Source: Candidatus Doudnabacteria bacterium RIFCSPHIGHO2_01_FULL_46_14 (GTDB lineage: Bacteria; Patescibacteriota; Doudnabacteria; UBA920; 2-01-FULL-46-14). From it: DNA of 64,000 bases. Where the stretch lies: assembly GCA_001779925.1 (NCBI GenBank), contig MFEK01000014.1, positions 152,168-216,167 of the forward strand, read 5' to 3'. Of the stretch, positions 46,022-55,187 are shown in pieces. Below the pieces are notes generated by a model. It saw only the letters and a program-made list of their open reading frames with translations, was not told the origin of the DNA and did no database searches. Both the position numbers and the translations under genes were made by a program. Each line of letters begins with the position of its first letter. Position 1 is the first letter of the stretch.

Positions 46022-46591
46022 ATGGACAAGCCTTTAAATTTAATAATTCTCGGACCGCAAGGATCAGGCAAGGGAACGCAGGCGCAGATGCTGGCCAAGC
46101 GATTCAATTTGGCATTTCTGGGTTCTGGTGATTTACTGCGCGAGATTGCCAAAACCGACACACTGCTAGGGCGAGAAGTGCACCAAACGATTAATGTCGA
46201 AGGGCGCCACATGCGATCCGAGGTTATCTCCCAGGTGATAAAGGAAAAATTGCATGCACTGCCCAGAGATCAAGGCGTGATCCTCGAAAGCTACCCGCGC
46301 AACCTTGAGCAGTACGAAGAATTTAAAAAATTCTGGCCGGAAACCGAACGGGGCGATTATCTTATTCTCTATATTCATCTCTCGGAAGAGGAATCGATCA
46401 AAAGAATGATGCTCCGCAAGCGGCTTGACGATACAGATGACACTATCCATAAACGTTTGGAATTGTTTAATAGCCTGACAAAGCCTATGATTGAAGAAAT
46501 GGACAAGCAGAATCGAGTGATCCGCATAGACGGCGCGCCGTCAATCGAGCAGGTCAATGAGGAAATATTGTCGAAACTAAATGAAAAATAA
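46022..46591 (+). CDS. adk: Adenylate kinase
   Basis: The start was set at MDKPLNLIILGPQGSGKGTQ (P-loop). A TTGAGG-17-TATAAT promoter ends 8 nt before the ATG, so the mRNA is probably leaderless or nearly so. Confidence 0.85.
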   Translation: MDKPLNLIILGPQGSGKGTQAQMLAKRFNLAFLGSGDLLREIAKTDTLLGREVHQTINVEGRHMRSEVISQVIKEKLHALPRDQGVILESYPRNLEQYEEFKKFWPETERGDYLILYIHLSEEESIKRMMLRKRLDDTDDTIHKRLELFNSLTKPMIEEMDKQNRVIRIDGAPSIEQVNEEILSKLNEK

Positions 46592-47156
46592 AAACTCAAT
46601 TACTTTAGTGCTTTTAGGCGACATTGCGGCAGGCAAGGGCACGCAGGCCAAGATTTTAGCAAAAACATACAAGCTGAAATATATCGGAGTGGGCGATTTT
46701 TCCCGCAAAATGGCTCGCAAAAACTCCAGCTTTACTCGAATCAACAAAGGAGTGCTGGCGCCCTCGGATGCGGTGCAGAGCTATCTCAAATCTCAAATTT
46801 CAAAACTCAAAACTAATCAAGGCGTGCTCGTGGACGGCGGAAAGATGCCGGCTGAGGCAAGGCTCATCCGAGATTTGTTGCGAAAGCAGAAGCGCAGAGT
46901 CTTAGTAATTTATCTGAACCTTTCTCATAAAGAAAGTTTTCGACGCACCGCGGGGCGCCTCAAACACCAGGGCCGTGCAGACGATACGCCGCAAGCCCTC
47001 CGAAACCGTATCAAATATTACCGGCTGGTGTATTCCAAGACCGTGAGATTTTGGCAGAAACAGGGGGTATTACGAAGAGTAAGCGGTCTAGGTACTGTCG
47101 AGTCGGCGACTCAAAGATTGAAAGGAATCATAAATAAATATTGTGGCGATAATTAA
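46581..47156 (+). CDS. Adenylate-kinase-like paralog (divergent second P-loop NMP kinase)
   Basis: Motifs LLGDIAAGKGTQ, VDGGKMP and ADDTPQALRNR; in tandem with and overlapping adk. Confidence 0.7.
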   Translation: MKNKNSITLVLLGDIAAGKGTQAKILAKTYKLKYIGVGDFSRKMARKNSSFTRINKGVLAPSDAVQSYLKSQISKLKTNQGVLVDGGKMPAEARLIRDLLRKQKRRVLVIYLNLSHKESFRRTAGRLKHQGRADDTPQALRNRIKYYRLVYSKTVRFWQKQGVLRRVSGLGTVESATQRLKGIINKYCGDN

Positions 47157-47910
47157 AACCGCGAAAGAAATTGAGCTGCTCGCTGAAGGCGGCAAAATCC
47201 TCGCCGATATTTTACATACAGTGGCCGCGGCTGTAAAACCGGGCGTATCGACTCTGGATTTGGATCATCTTGCCCGCGAGGAAATGAAAAAATTCGGGGT
47301 AAAGCCGGCTTTCGAAGGTTATCGGATGGGCAACCAGGGGCCTAAATACCCTGCCGTGCTTTGCTCTTCAGTAGATCACGAGGTTGTACATGGGATACCT
47401 AGCCATAAGAAAATTTTAAAGGAAGGGCAAATAATAGGGCTTGATCTTGGAATAATTCATAAAGAACTATATACAGATTCGGCGCTATCAGTGGCTGTTG
47501 GTAAAGCGAGCAAGGAGAATGAAAAATTACTGCGGGTCACACGTGAAGCGTTAGAGGCAGGAATTGCCCAGGTAAGGCCTGGAAATAAAATCGGGGACAT
47601 AGCACATGCGATTCAATCGTGTGCAAAAAAAGCGGGATTTGCCGTGATTCGGGATCTCATCGGGCACGGTGTGGGACATGAATTGCATGAAAAACCAGAT
47701 GTGCCAAACTATGGCCGTGCAGGTACGCTTGAAGAACTAATGCCCGGTATGGTCATTGCCATCGAGCCAATGTTTACGAGAGGGGATTGGCGCATTACTT
47801 TTTTGGACGATGGTTGGACAGTGGTCACAGCTGACGGTAGTCCTTCAGCGCATTTTGAACATACAGTGGCAGTTACAACAGCAGGTCATAAGGTCTTGAC
47901 AGCAAAATAA
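47143..47910 (+). CDS. map: Type I methionine aminopeptidase
   Basis: MetAP pita-bread motifs, including the GHGVGHELHE metal-site context; GTG start. Confidence 0.9.
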   Translation: MAIIKTAKEIELLAEGGKILADILHTVAAAVKPGVSTLDLDHLAREEMKKFGVKPAFEGYRMGNQGPKYPAVLCSSVDHEVVHGIPSHKKILKEGQIIGLDLGIIHKELYTDSALSVAVGKASKENEKLLRVTREALEAGIAQVRPGNKIGDIAHAIQSCAKKAGFAVIRDLIGHGVGHELHEKPDVPNYGRAGTLEELMPGMVIAIEPMFTRGDWRITFLDDGWTVVTADGSPSAHFEHTVAVTTAGHKVLTAK

Positions 47911-47983
47911 ACCCCTTTCAGACAGTCTCCGGTAATGTTATTCTATGGGTACAAAGTCCACATTTGAGAAGGAGGTCCCAACT

Positions 47984-48190
47984 ATGCGTCGAGATATATC
48001 TTGGCAGTTTTTACGGGTTGCCCTGTTCGTCCTTTCTGTGTTTGTTGGCATTCAGTTTGGCAAGTCTCTTCAGAAACAGAACGCCCAAGCGCAGATTGCG
48101 AAACCTGTTTCAGTAAGTTTCACTATCCAAGTTCCACCTCATGTTGCCGCTCAGATTGCCGAACAATTTGTGAGGCAAAATGAGCGTTAG
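47984..48190 (+). CDS. Small membrane protein
   Basis: GAAGGAGG RBS; one TM helix. Confidence 0.4.
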   Translation: MRRDISWQFLRVALFVLSVFVGIQFGKSLQKQNAQAQIAKPVSVSFTIQVPPHVAAQIAEQFVRQNER

Positions 48191-48344
48191 ACCTCGACCA
48201 TATTGGAAAGCAGTAGAAAGGCATGTCTTTTCTACTGCTACGCTTCTCAAAAAAAAAGCGGCAAAAAAAGAAGGCGAGCTCGTGGAGGCCGCCTTCTTTG
48301 GATTGTGTGTGAGAATTTATTTCTCTCCTCTGGAAGCTGTTCGT

Positions 48345-48650
48345 TCATGTCCTCTCTGCGGGCCGTTTGGAAGGCTGTACGCGGACTTTTGTGGGACTAA
48401 CATGCCGTGAAATAGAGATCGAAGGCTTATCTGTAGTTGTGGGATGAGTCATCACGCAGACCAGCCCCGAGCCCTTGGTATTTAGCAGTTCGCGTTTGTC
48501 TCTCGGCGCCCTCCAGACACCGTTCTCAACAAAGAGTTTTGTAAAATACTCTTCTCCAAAAGACATCTTTTCGCAAGGTATCACGTAGCCGGGGTTCCCC
48601 GGGTAGGTAATCACCATACCAACATTAGGCAGTTTCCGATTCAGCTCCAT
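48345..48650 (-). CDS. Hypothetical protein
   Basis: GGAGG RBS; a hairpin terminator at about 48257-48300 lies downstream of the stop. Confidence 0.4.
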   Translation of the reverse strand: MELNRKLPNVGMVITYPGNPGYVIPCEKMSFGEEYFTKLFVENGVWRAPRDKRELLNTKGSGLVCVMTHPTTTDKPSISISRHVSPTKVRVQPSKRPAERT

Positions 48651-48659
48651 GTTTAATCC

Positions 48660-49460
48660 TCCGTTTTTAGTAGTCGTGCCAGTTATTTTGCCCTTTAATT
48701 CCCAAGCTTAGCTTAAAGAGGTTGTTTCGTCAAAAGTGTTTCGTAATCTCCACGGACACGGACATCATTCCTGCGATTTTAGATGCCATTTCTCTAGGCA
48801 AAGCCGTAATTTACGCTGAAGGCTAATTCATCCGATACCAAAATTATCACCAAAGATATGTTAACCTCTTGTTTAAAAATAAATAGGTTGAGCATAAATT
48901 AAATTAGTCTTTTGCCAGGACGTTTTGATACGCCGGACAAAACATGAAATTGCGCAGTGTGGTGCAAAACGAACTGTATGCGTTTCGCCGAGCCCTCTCT
49001 GACAAGATTTCTTACGTACCATACCGCCATTCCTGGGCTCACTCTGACAAAATGAATCCGTTCGCTGAAATCATATTCAGGAACGGATTTTGAGAAATTG
49101 AGCGGTTGAGGTTCAAGGGGAATTTGGGCTAAAGAAAGAGAAAAATCAAGGAGAGGGTGTCCCAACTTTAGAAAAGAGAATAGAGAGTAGTGGTTTTGGC
49201 CATCTCTCTTCTATTGCTCCTCCTTGCTCATTTTAGGGGCTTCCAAGCTCAGCTTGGAGATTTACGGGGTTTTCCCACAAACTTAAAGCTTCGAGAATAG
49301 CGTCATTTAAGCCGCTACCCTGGTATGGGCAGGCCGGTTACGAATCCCCGGGGCTTTTATCTTCCCCGGGCGACCTGGAAGAACAGTGCAGGGTAAGGAG
49401 AAGGGGGAGTCAAGGGAGTTTTAGTATTGGCATAGGGAGTTATTTTATATAAGATTAACT
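48660..49460. ncRNA. ORF-poor, hairpin-dense region of about 800 bp; candidate structured RNA gene(s), identity unresolved
   Basis: There is no convincing ORF. GC-rich stems include TCCAAG-CTCAG-CTTGGA and CCCGGGG-N10-CCCCGGG, plus the segments GGGCAGGCCGGTTACG and AACAGTGCAGGGTAAGG. Weak resemblance to RNase P and SRP consensus motifs was noted; no assignment could be made. Confidence 0.3.
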
Positions 49461-49461
49461 T

Positions 49462-49671
49462 ATGATGTATTACATTTGTACTGGCGGGTGCCACGGGGAA
49501 TCAGACGTCCCTGGAACTTGTCAGGCCATAATCAGCCCCAAACATGGTCAGCCTCTCACCGCGTGCGATTGTAGGGATGGCAAGCACTACGGCCGCATGG
49601 ACCAGGATACGGCTTCCGGCCTCGACTCGTCTCAGCGAGGCGGGCAAACACCGTCTGAACCGAAATCATGA
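49462..49671 (+). CDS. Small cysteine-rich, putative metal-binding protein
   Basis: ICTGGCHG...C...CDC Cys pattern; the stop overlaps the next start. Confidence 0.45.
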   Translation: MMYYICTGGCHGESDVPGTCQAIISPKHGQPLTACDCRDGKHYGRMDQDTASGLDSSQRGGQTPSEPKS

Positions 49672-50228
49672 CCAGAAAATATCTCCTCGTTTCTCTGCTG
49701 ATAATCATCGCGGCCGCAGTGATTCTGTTGGCTATGGGACGGATTCCGTTTTGTAAATGCGGGGTTATCAGCATCTGGTCGAGCGACGTAACCTCCAACC
49801 AGCAGTCCCAGCAGTTTGCTGATCCCTATACCGTGACGCACATATTGCACGGCACTATTTTATATTTGTTCATCTGGATAGCGTTTGGCAGGCGTTTGTC
49901 TGTCGGGCAGCGCCTAGTCCTTGCCGTAGCCGTTGAAGGGGTATGGGAGATTCTGGAAAATACGGATTTTATCATCAATCGTTACCGCGAACAGACATTT
50001 TCTTATGACTATTACGGAGATAGCGTGTTCAACTCGGTTGGCGATATTATTGCCATGATGATTGGTTTCATAGCGGCCGCCAAGCTGCCAGTGAAGGTAT
50101 CTGTTATCTGCTCGATCCTTCTCGATCTAGCACTTTTGTTTTTAATCCGAGACAGTTTAGCTGTAAATATCATCATGCTTATCCATCCGATTGAGGCAAT
50201 TAAAACTTGGCAGCTGGGGAAACTATGA
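49668..50228 (+). CDS. Membrane protein (DUF2585/UPF0314-like)
   Basis: Four or five TM helices; translationally coupled to its neighbours. Confidence 0.5.
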   Translation: MTRKYLLVSLLIIIAAAVILLAMGRIPFCKCGVISIWSSDVTSNQQSQQFADPYTVTHILHGTILYLFIWIAFGRRLSVGQRLVLAVAVEGVWEILENTDFIINRYREQTFSYDYYGDSVFNSVGDIIAMMIGFIAAAKLPVKVSVICSILLDLALLFLIRDSLAVNIIMLIHPIEAIKTWQLGKL

Positions 50229-50758
50229 TAAAAACCATTGCCTTTGGCGGCGGGTGTTTTTGGTGTACCGAGGCGGTTTTTAAAATGCTCAAAGGCGTTT
50301 CATCTGTATTGCCGGGGTACTCGGGCGGGCAGTCAGCAAATCCGACTTATGAACAAATTTCCACAGGTAGCACCGGCCATGTTGAGGTGGCAAAGGTCGA
50401 TTACGACCCTTCGCTGGTGTCATTTCGGGATTTACTGACAGTATTTTTTTCTTCGCATGACCCTACAACCCTGGATCGCCAAGGTGATGACATTGGATCC
50501 CAGTACCGGTCAGTTATTTTTTATGAGGACCCAGAGCAGAAACGGGAGATTGAAAAATTCATCGCTGAATTGAATGCTGCAAACGAACACGGAGCACCTA
50601 TAATCACCCAAATCGAGCAGTTGGGAAAATTTTATCCAGCGGAGGATTACCACCGGGATTATTACGCTCAAAACTCAGACAAGCCGTACTGTCAGATTGT
50701 CATTAACCCGAAACTCGCCAAACTTCGAGGAAAATTTGCCAAGCTCTTGAAAGGTTGA
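50225..50758 (+). CDS. msrA: Peptide methionine sulfoxide reductase MsrA
   Basis: GGGCFWC active-site motif; the start was set at MIKTIAF. Confidence 0.9.
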   Translation: MIKTIAFGGGCFWCTEAVFKMLKGVSSVLPGYSGGQSANPTYEQISTGSTGHVEVAKVDYDPSLVSFRDLLTVFFSSHDPTTLDRQGDDIGSQYRSVIFYEDPEQKREIEKFIAELNAANEHGAPIITQIEQLGKFYPAEDYHRDYYAQNSDKPYCQIVINPKLAKLRGKFAKLLKG

Positions 50759-50855
50759 GTGGTTTAATATATGAGCCACGTATGGAATCTAAAGTTGCTA
50801 ACGGGAGGAGGAAATGAGGCTTCTAATTAACTAAGATTACAGGATTTTTAACAGA

Positions 50856-51692
50856 GTGAAGCACTTCAAACTTTTCGTGATACTAGTCTTTATCCTAGTT
50901 GGTTTTACCCTCAAGGACCGTTTCACTTTGCCCAAGGTGGAATATCTTGGCGCTCGGATAGATGATCTGGAAAAACGGATTTCCACGTCTGATCCTTTGC
51001 GCGCTGGTGGAGATTCCCCAGCCGCTTTTCTCACACGCGCCGGGATCATAAAACACACGAATGACCATCGCCAGGAAAACGGTTTGGCGATATTGCTGGG
51101 AAATACAAAACTCAATGAAGCTGCCAGCAAAAAGGTTCAGGATATGTTTGCTGGCCAGTATTTTGCCCATGTTTCGCCGGAAGGCAAACAAGCTTCGGAT
51201 TTGGCGACATTTGTTGGTTATGAATACATTGCCATAGGCGAGAACCTCGCGCTTGGTAATTTTGAAAATGACCAGGTTCTTGTCCAGGCTTGGATGGATT
51301 CCCCAGGACACCGAGCAAACATTTTAGATAAAAAATTTCAAGAGATTGGGGTGGCGGCATCCAAAGGAATTTTTGAAGGAAAGAGCACATGGCTGGCGGT
51401 GCAGATTTTTGGTTTATCCAAATCGGCTTGCCCAACACCAAACTCTGACCTAAAAACCAGAATCGATAATAACGAAAAAACCTTAAAAGAAATACAGACA
51501 CAGCTCGTAGAGTTGAAAAACGAAATTGAAGCGAGTGGATGGTCGCCGCGCCGCAGGGACGAATACAATCAAAAAGTCAAAGAGTACAACGATCTGGCGG
51601 AGAAATATAATTCTCTTTTGGAAATGACCAAAAATTTAATCGAACAGTACAACGAACAGGCAAAGGCGTTTAATTCTTGCGTAAAAAGGTAG
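50856..51692 (+). CDS. CAP/SCP/PR-1-domain secreted protein with a C-terminal coiled coil
   Basis: N-terminal signal/TM segment; CAP motifs GHRANIL and FQEIGVA. Confidence 0.7.
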   Translation: MKHFKLFVILVFILVGFTLKDRFTLPKVEYLGARIDDLEKRISTSDPLRAGGDSPAAFLTRAGIIKHTNDHRQENGLAILLGNTKLNEAASKKVQDMFAGQYFAHVSPEGKQASDLATFVGYEYIAIGENLALGNFENDQVLVQAWMDSPGHRANILDKKFQEIGVAASKGIFEGKSTWLAVQIFGLSKSACPTPNSDLKTRIDNNEKTLKEIQTQLVELKNEIEASGWSPRRRDEYNQKVKEYNDLAEKYNSLLEMTKNLIEQYNEQAKAFNSCVKR

Positions 51693-51825
51693 TCAGATTT
51701 TGACATTGCGCGCACGCCAAACCAGCGAGATTCGTCGTTGCGCGGTACATGGTGGAATCTGATTCCCGAGCATCTCCATTTTTTTGAGTTTTTTGAGTTT
51801 TGTGTTATAGTTTATTTTACTTGTT

Positions 51826-53028
51826 ATGATAGAAAACGAAACAAAACCGTCGGAAAACCCAATAAAAAAACCCATTAATCCAAGACAACTCACGGCCTTG
51901 ATCGGTATAGTTGCGGGTTTTGCAGGTGGGGTTATCGGCTCGCTCTATTTGGCCCCGTGGTACCAGCAGAATATTCTTCACCAGATGCCAGGCCAGTCTG
52001 TCGAGCGCAAGCAGGTAGTAATTGACGAGCAATCAGCGATTATCAGCGCGGTAGAAAAGGTGAACCCGAGCGTGGTTTCGATAGTTATCAGCAAGGATTT
52101 GCCCGAGTTTGAACAGTTCGGCTCTCCGTTCGGATTTTTTCGGGCGCCATCGGGCGAAATTCAGGAACAACAGATCGGCGCTGGCAGTGGATTTATTATT
52201 ACTGCAGACGGGATGATCGTGACCAACAAGCATGTGGTTTCCGATACAGAAGCAGAATACACAGTTGTAACCAACGATAACAAAAAATATCCAGCCCGCG
52301 TGGTCGCGACCGATCCCGTTAACGATGTGGCAGTAGTCAAGATTGAGGTAAAAAATTTGCCGGTTGTGACCTTTGGCGATTCAGACAAACTCAAACTCGG
52401 GCAAGGAGTGGTGGCCATAGGAAATGCGCTCGGCGAGTTTCAGAATACCGTTACCTCAGGCGTGGTTTCGGGAATCGGTCGCAATATTACAGCGGGCGGC
52501 GGCGCGCAGACAGAGAATCTCTTGGAGGTCATCCAGACTGACGCGGCCATCAATCCAGGCAATTCCGGAGGGCCGCTTGCAGATATGGATGGCAATGTCA
52601 TTGGGGTGAACTCGGCGGTCAGCATGCAAGGGCAGCTTATTGGTTTTGCGATTCCCATAAACCAAGTGAAAAAAGCTGTGGATGATATCAAGCAGTTTGG
52701 AAAAGTGCGCCGGGCGTTTCTTGGCGTACGGTATGTCATTGTGACTGAATCTGTGGCTCGCGAAGAAAATCTGTCGGTAGATTATGGAGCGCTTATCCTT
52801 CGCGGGCAAAACCCACGCCAGCCCGGGGTCGTGCCGGACAGCCCGGCGGACAAATCAGGCCTCAGGGAAAGAGATATCATTTTAGAGGTTGATGCTCAGA
52901 AAATTACCGCAGACAATACGCTTTCCGAGATTATGAGGGACTACAATCCGGGAGACAGAGCGACTCTGAAAATCAGAAGAGAAGCCAGGGAAATGTCTGT
53001 GGCAGTAATTTTGGGAGATGCTGAGTAG
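51826..53028 (+). CDS. htrA: HtrA/DegP-family serine protease with a PDZ domain
   Basis: Catalytic context TNKHVV, D..., GNSGGPL; a C-terminal PDZ domain. Confidence 0.9.
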   Translation: MIENETKPSENPIKKPINPRQLTALIGIVAGFAGGVIGSLYLAPWYQQNILHQMPGQSVERKQVVIDEQSAIISAVEKVNPSVVSIVISKDLPEFEQFGSPFGFFRAPSGEIQEQQIGAGSGFIITADGMIVTNKHVVSDTEAEYTVVTNDNKKYPARVVATDPVNDVAVVKIEVKNLPVVTFGDSDKLKLGQGVVAIGNALGEFQNTVTSGVVSGIGRNITAGGGAQTENLLEVIQTDAAINPGNSGGPLADMDGNVIGVNSAVSMQGQLIGFAIPINQVKKAVDDIKQFGKVRRAFLGVRYVIVTESVAREENLSVDYGALILRGQNPRQPGVVPDSPADKSGLRERDIILEVDAQKITADNTLSEIMRDYNPGDRATLKIRREAREMSVAVILGDAE

Positions 53029-53052
53029 TTTTAAGAAACTTATAACTAATAA

Positions 53053-53445
53053 TTGATAACTTATAACTTGGGCAGGATATTAGCTTTAGATTACGGCACG
53101 AAAAGAATAGGGATCGCAGTTACCGATGAAACAAAAACCATAAGCATCCCCAAACCTTATATTTTAAATGCTGAAAAAGAAAAATTAAATGAATTCGTCA
53201 AAGAAAATGAAGTGGAAGAAATTTTGCTCGGGTTGCCATTGGGCCTCTCCGGCCAGGAAACTGAATCAACGAAAAAAGTGCGCGAGTTTGGAGCTTGGCT
53301 GAAAGAAACAATCAATTTACCGGTGAGACTTATTGACGAAAGACTGACTACTCAGGAAATAAGAAGAACAGAAACAAATAAAGAATTAATTGACAGTTTG
53401 GTGGCGCAAAAAATGCTGGAAAGATATTTGGAAAAAATAAGATGA
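53053..53445 (+). CDS. ruvX: Holliday-junction resolvase-like YqgF/RuvX
   Basis: ALDYGTKRIGIAV, matching the YqgF N-terminal motif. Confidence 0.8.
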   Translation: MITYNLGRILALDYGTKRIGIAVTDETKTISIPKPYILNAEKEKLNEFVKENEVEEILLGLPLGLSGQETESTKKVREFGAWLKETINLPVRLIDERLTTQEIRRTETNKELIDSLVAQKMLERYLEKIR

Positions 53446-54437
53446 GTGAATTTCGCCAAGATATCGTCACAAAAAATTGGGTTTTGATCGCACAAGGCCG
53501 GGATAAACGACCTACGGATTTCAAACAGCTGGCAGCAAGCCCCATCGAAATGCCGGAAATTTCCAAAGAATGTGCGTTTTGTCCTGGTAATGAGGAAAAG
53601 ACAGGCCAGGAAATAGTGCGCTATCCGGAGACCGGTGATTGGCAGGTTCGTGTCGTTCCTAACAAATATGAAGCAGTCGGCCATATAATCGGCAAACGTA
53701 CTGAGGATTTTTATATCTCCCGACCGGGAATCGGCGATCACGAAGTGGTTATTTCCAGGTATCATAATCAGCCCGTTGCCCAGCAAGATATAGAACTCAT
53801 AGACACAACCCTGCGAGCGTACATTGACCGTTATCATGACCTTGCGCTTCATGATGAGGTGCAGTATATTCACATCATTCAAAATCACGGTATGCAGGCC
53901 GGCGCTTCGGTTGTGCATCCGCATTCTCAGATTTTTGCGATTCCGTTTTTCCCCCACCGCATCTCCGGGGAGATTTCCGGAACGCGGGATTTTTTTGAAG
54001 TAAATAACGCTTGCGTTTATTGCGAGATGATCATGTTCGAAATGAAGGAAGGGTCGCGGGTGATTTTTGATACCCCGGATTTTTTAGTAGTCGCCCCGTA
54101 CGCTTCAAAAATGCCTTTTGAGATTCACATTCTGCCGAAAATTCACCGCTCGTCTTTCAGCAAGATCACCATTTCAGAACGAAAAGCCTTGGCGTGGGTC
54201 ATGAAAGACGTATTTGGGCGGCTTTATGAACGCATGAAAAATCCTGCGTATAATTATTACATCCACACTTTACCTACCAGGCTCAGCTCGGGACGGCGTA
54301 CATTTTCTGATCAGGAATGCTATCATTGGCATATTGTTGTTTTGCCGCGCGTAAATGTCTGGGCGGGCTTTGAGCTTGGCACAGAGGTGTACGTCAACCC
54401 CATGCCTCCGGAAAAAGCCGCGAAGTTTTTTCATTAA
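53442..54437 (+). CDS. GalT-family hexose-1-phosphate uridylyltransferase (HIT superfamily)
   Basis: CAFCPGNE zinc motif and the HPHSQI (HxHxQ) active site. Confidence 0.75.
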   Translation: MSEFRQDIVTKNWVLIAQGRDKRPTDFKQLAASPIEMPEISKECAFCPGNEEKTGQEIVRYPETGDWQVRVVPNKYEAVGHIIGKRTEDFYISRPGIGDHEVVISRYHNQPVAQQDIELIDTTLRAYIDRYHDLALHDEVQYIHIIQNHGMQAGASVVHPHSQIFAIPFFPHRISGEISGTRDFFEVNNACVYCEMIMFEMKEGSRVIFDTPDFLVVAPYASKMPFEIHILPKIHRSSFSKITISERKALAWVMKDVFGRLYERMKNPAYNYYIHTLPTRLSSGRRTFSDQECYHWHIVVLPRVNVWAGFELGTEVYVNPMPPEKAAKFFH

Positions 54438-55184
54438 TTGAATACAATGCGTTTAATCGCCGCAAATTGGAAAATGAATCCGCAGACCATGGAAGAAGCA
54501 AGGCGTCTTGCTTCGCAGATGGAGCATGGCAGCATGCATGAGAGCCACAAGGTGGAAATTGCGCTATGCGTGCCGTTCGTATTTCTGACTGCGCTGAAGC
54601 ACACGGTCCATCACGTGAAACTTGGCGCGCAAAACATGAGCGAGCACGAGAAAGGACCGCATACCGGGGAAATTTCTGCACTCCAGCTCAAACATCTGGG
54701 AATAAAATATGTAATCGTCGGTCATTCGGAGCGCAGAGCGCTTGGCGAAGACGATGAATTCATCAGTAATAAATTGAAAATGGCGCACGCACACAAGCTT
54801 CATCCGATTTTGTGCGTAGGTTACGGCACTACCCAAAAAACCATGTTCACTGCGGAAAAAAAACTTCTAACCAAACAGTTGCAAGCTGCGCTCAAAGGCG
54901 TAAATTTTGAGCGCGGAGGTTTGACGATTGCTTATGAGCCGGCTTGGACTATCAGCCGGGGCTTAGGCACCGCAAAGCCTGTGGCTGCCGAGCGCTCTGC
55001 CAGCGTTATCGAATTTATTAAAGATAAATACCCGGAAGCGCGGGTCATCTATGGAGCGAGTGTTACGGGCGAGAATGTTGATACGCTTTCCAGATTTCGA
55101 GTCATCGAAGGAGCGCTCGTGGGCGGCGCAAGCCTTGATGCTATACAATTTCTAAAAATTATTAAATCGTTTGCAAAGGAGTAA
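54438..55184 (+). CDS. tpiA: Triosephosphate isomerase
   Basis: Motifs NWKMN, GHSERR and AYEPAWTI. Confidence 0.9.
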   Translation: MNTMRLIAANWKMNPQTMEEARRLASQMEHGSMHESHKVEIALCVPFVFLTALKHTVHHVKLGAQNMSEHEKGPHTGEISALQLKHLGIKYVIVGHSERRALGEDDEFISNKLKMAHAHKLHPILCVGYGTTQKTMFTAEKKLLTKQLQAALKGVNFERGGLTIAYEPAWTISRGLGTAKPVAAERSASVIEFIKDKYPEARVIYGASVTGENVDTLSRFRVIEGALVGGASLDAIQFLKIIKSFAKE

Positions 55185-55187
55185 AAT

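Noticed and set aside
48790-48830. tmRNA tag-peptide reading frame (minus-strand ...AFSVNYGFA*)
   Set aside because: No tRNA-like acceptor/T-arm with a 3' CCA and no 5' GGGG start were found at the expected distances on either strand.
49290-49430. Specific assignment as RNase P RNA or SRP RNA
   Set aside because: Only short local resemblances were seen (GGGCAGG..ACG, CAGTGCA..GGTAAGG, GGAAG.AACAG). The P4 halves GGAAAGUCCGGGC and ACAGARCCCGGCUUA are not found in correct order on either strand. The region is reported as an unresolved ncRNA candidate instead.
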